From: the human T2T-CHM13v2.0 reference genome, Homo sapiens | Length of the DNA stretch: 64,000 nt | Strand: one strand, 5' to 3' | Assembly: GCF_009914755.1 (NCBI RefSeq) | Contig: NC_060947.1 | Part shown: positions 54,999 to 64,000 of the stretch, one piece after another | Numbering within the stretch: the first letter of the stretch is position 1 | Layout of the letters: each line of letters begins with the position of its first letter | Program-made: the position numbers and the translations under genes | The notes under the pieces: model-generated | Database searches by the model: none | The model's input: the letters and a program-made list of their open reading frames with translations, nothing else | What the model was told of the DNA's origin: nothing

Positions 54999-55659
54999 TA
55001 ACAAATACACCAACTAATACAAAATGTCAATGGGGAAACGCGGGGAATTGTACTAAAAATAAATTATTTTCAAATGCAAACTCAGGTTAGGGAGTAGACT
55101 CAAGAGGTATCATGGACTCACTGACCATTAGGGTGGCAGGGGAGGGAGGACTCAAGGACTGTTGATGGGGCATCTGGCTGGGTCATTACTCAGACAGGAC
55201 ATTTGTAGATAAGCCCAATGAGCAGTTGGATGTCCACATCTGGAGCCCACGGGTATGCTGGGGAGCTGCTGTAGCCCGAAGCAGGTGTGATTAGGGAGAG
55301 AAAGTCTGAAGGTGAAGGTGGGAAGAGAACTGAAGGCCACCAAGAGTGGGAGCCCTGCTGTTGAGCTTTGAGCCTGAGCAGCCCCGGCTTGTGCCACAAA
55401 ACACATTCAGCGTGGCCAAGCAGACCTCCAAGGCAGGGTCTCTCCCATAAGTCCAGGGCCTCCTTCCCCGGGGCCACAGCTGCTGAAGGTCATGAGACTA
55501 GGGAGTCCCACCTCCAAAGCTCTTTCCTTGTACTCGGGCCTGGCAGGATGCTCTGGGTCAAAAGGCCAAGGCTCACATCCCCACCAGAGGACCTGGAGAA
55601 ACACACCCTCTAAATGTGCGCGCGCTCACACACAAAGTTCCCCAGTGCCACGGAGCGAA

Positions 55660-55665
55660 TTTATT
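55660..55665 (-). terminator. NAA10: NAA10 poly(A) signal
   Basis: AATAAA beginning 39 nt after the stop codon, with GU-rich sequence downstream on minus. Confidence 0.92.
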
Positions 55666-55703
55666 GTGAAAGCTCGTGGGGTGAGGAGGGGATGGGGCAG
55701 GCT

Positions 55704-61300
<5,597 letters not shown>

Positions 61301-61564
61301 AACAGAGACAGTGACAGCTAGCGCCTGCAGGACCCGCCCAGATGCCACTGCATCGCTACCAGGGGTCAGAGCCTGGGTTGACCCCAGGTGACGTGGCTCC
61401 AGAACCAGCGATCTTAACCGCGACACTGCGTCCTCCACAAAGATGAAAGCAGGGGTGGGCGCAGCAGGCAGGCTACAACTATATAACCGACTGGGCAAGG
61501 GGATGAGACACTGCTAGATGGAATGAAAGAACTCTGCCCTGGGGTGTAGAAACGTTGTCTATCG

Positions 61565-63748
<2,184 letters not shown>

Positions 63749-64000
63749 ATTTACCTGTTGATTATAACTTTTGTAATTGTTTAATGTCATCTATATCTTA
63801 TTAAAATGTATTCCTTCAATTTCATTTTTGAGTTAGAACTGGTGGCCCCTAACACACACTCTATGAATGCATTAAATATTAAGATATAGCTGCAGGTCTA
63901 ACAACCCTGCTGCTTTGGAAGTAGTGACGAATATATGTGATACTTGCAGATGTCTCTCTAACTGCAATGCAATGTAAACACATCTGGATTTCTATCGGTG

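Overview
This is a GC-rich, Alu-dense primate genomic window, recognisable from its translated exons as the human Xq28 L1CAM-AVPR2-ARHGAP4-NAA10-RENBP interval. It holds the 5' end of L1CAM (minus strand: non-coding exon 0 in a CpG island at ~11.8 kb, the ATG/signal-peptide exon at 1442-1625, and a canonical RE1/NRSE just downstream) and a spliced antisense transcript path (LCA10/L1CAM-AS1, plus strand). A repeat-rich spacer of ~14 kb follows (Alu, L1, MLT1 and a solo LTR12-family LTR). Then come complete AVPR2 (plus, 371 aa), complete ARHGAP4 (minus, 22 coding exons, 946 aa, plus a 120-nt in-frame cassette), complete NAA10 (minus, 8 exons, 235 aa) and the last two exons of RENBP (minus). Coding exon boundaries were traced by hand and are GT-AG and frame-consistent. 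I found no evidence of a wholly new gene system. The best leads are: (1) a diverged inverted paralogous element with a conserved AP-1 site, present once inside L1CAM and once upstream of AVPR2; (2) a candidate L1CAM 5'UTR exon whose splicing would create a junction uORF; (3) a near-identical 64-bp direct repeat around an old LTR; (4) an orphan promoter-like CpG island between ARHGAP4 and NAA10; (5) the RENBP stop codon embedded in its poly(A) signal inside the NAA10 promoter. Repeat family names and boundaries are by eye and approximate.
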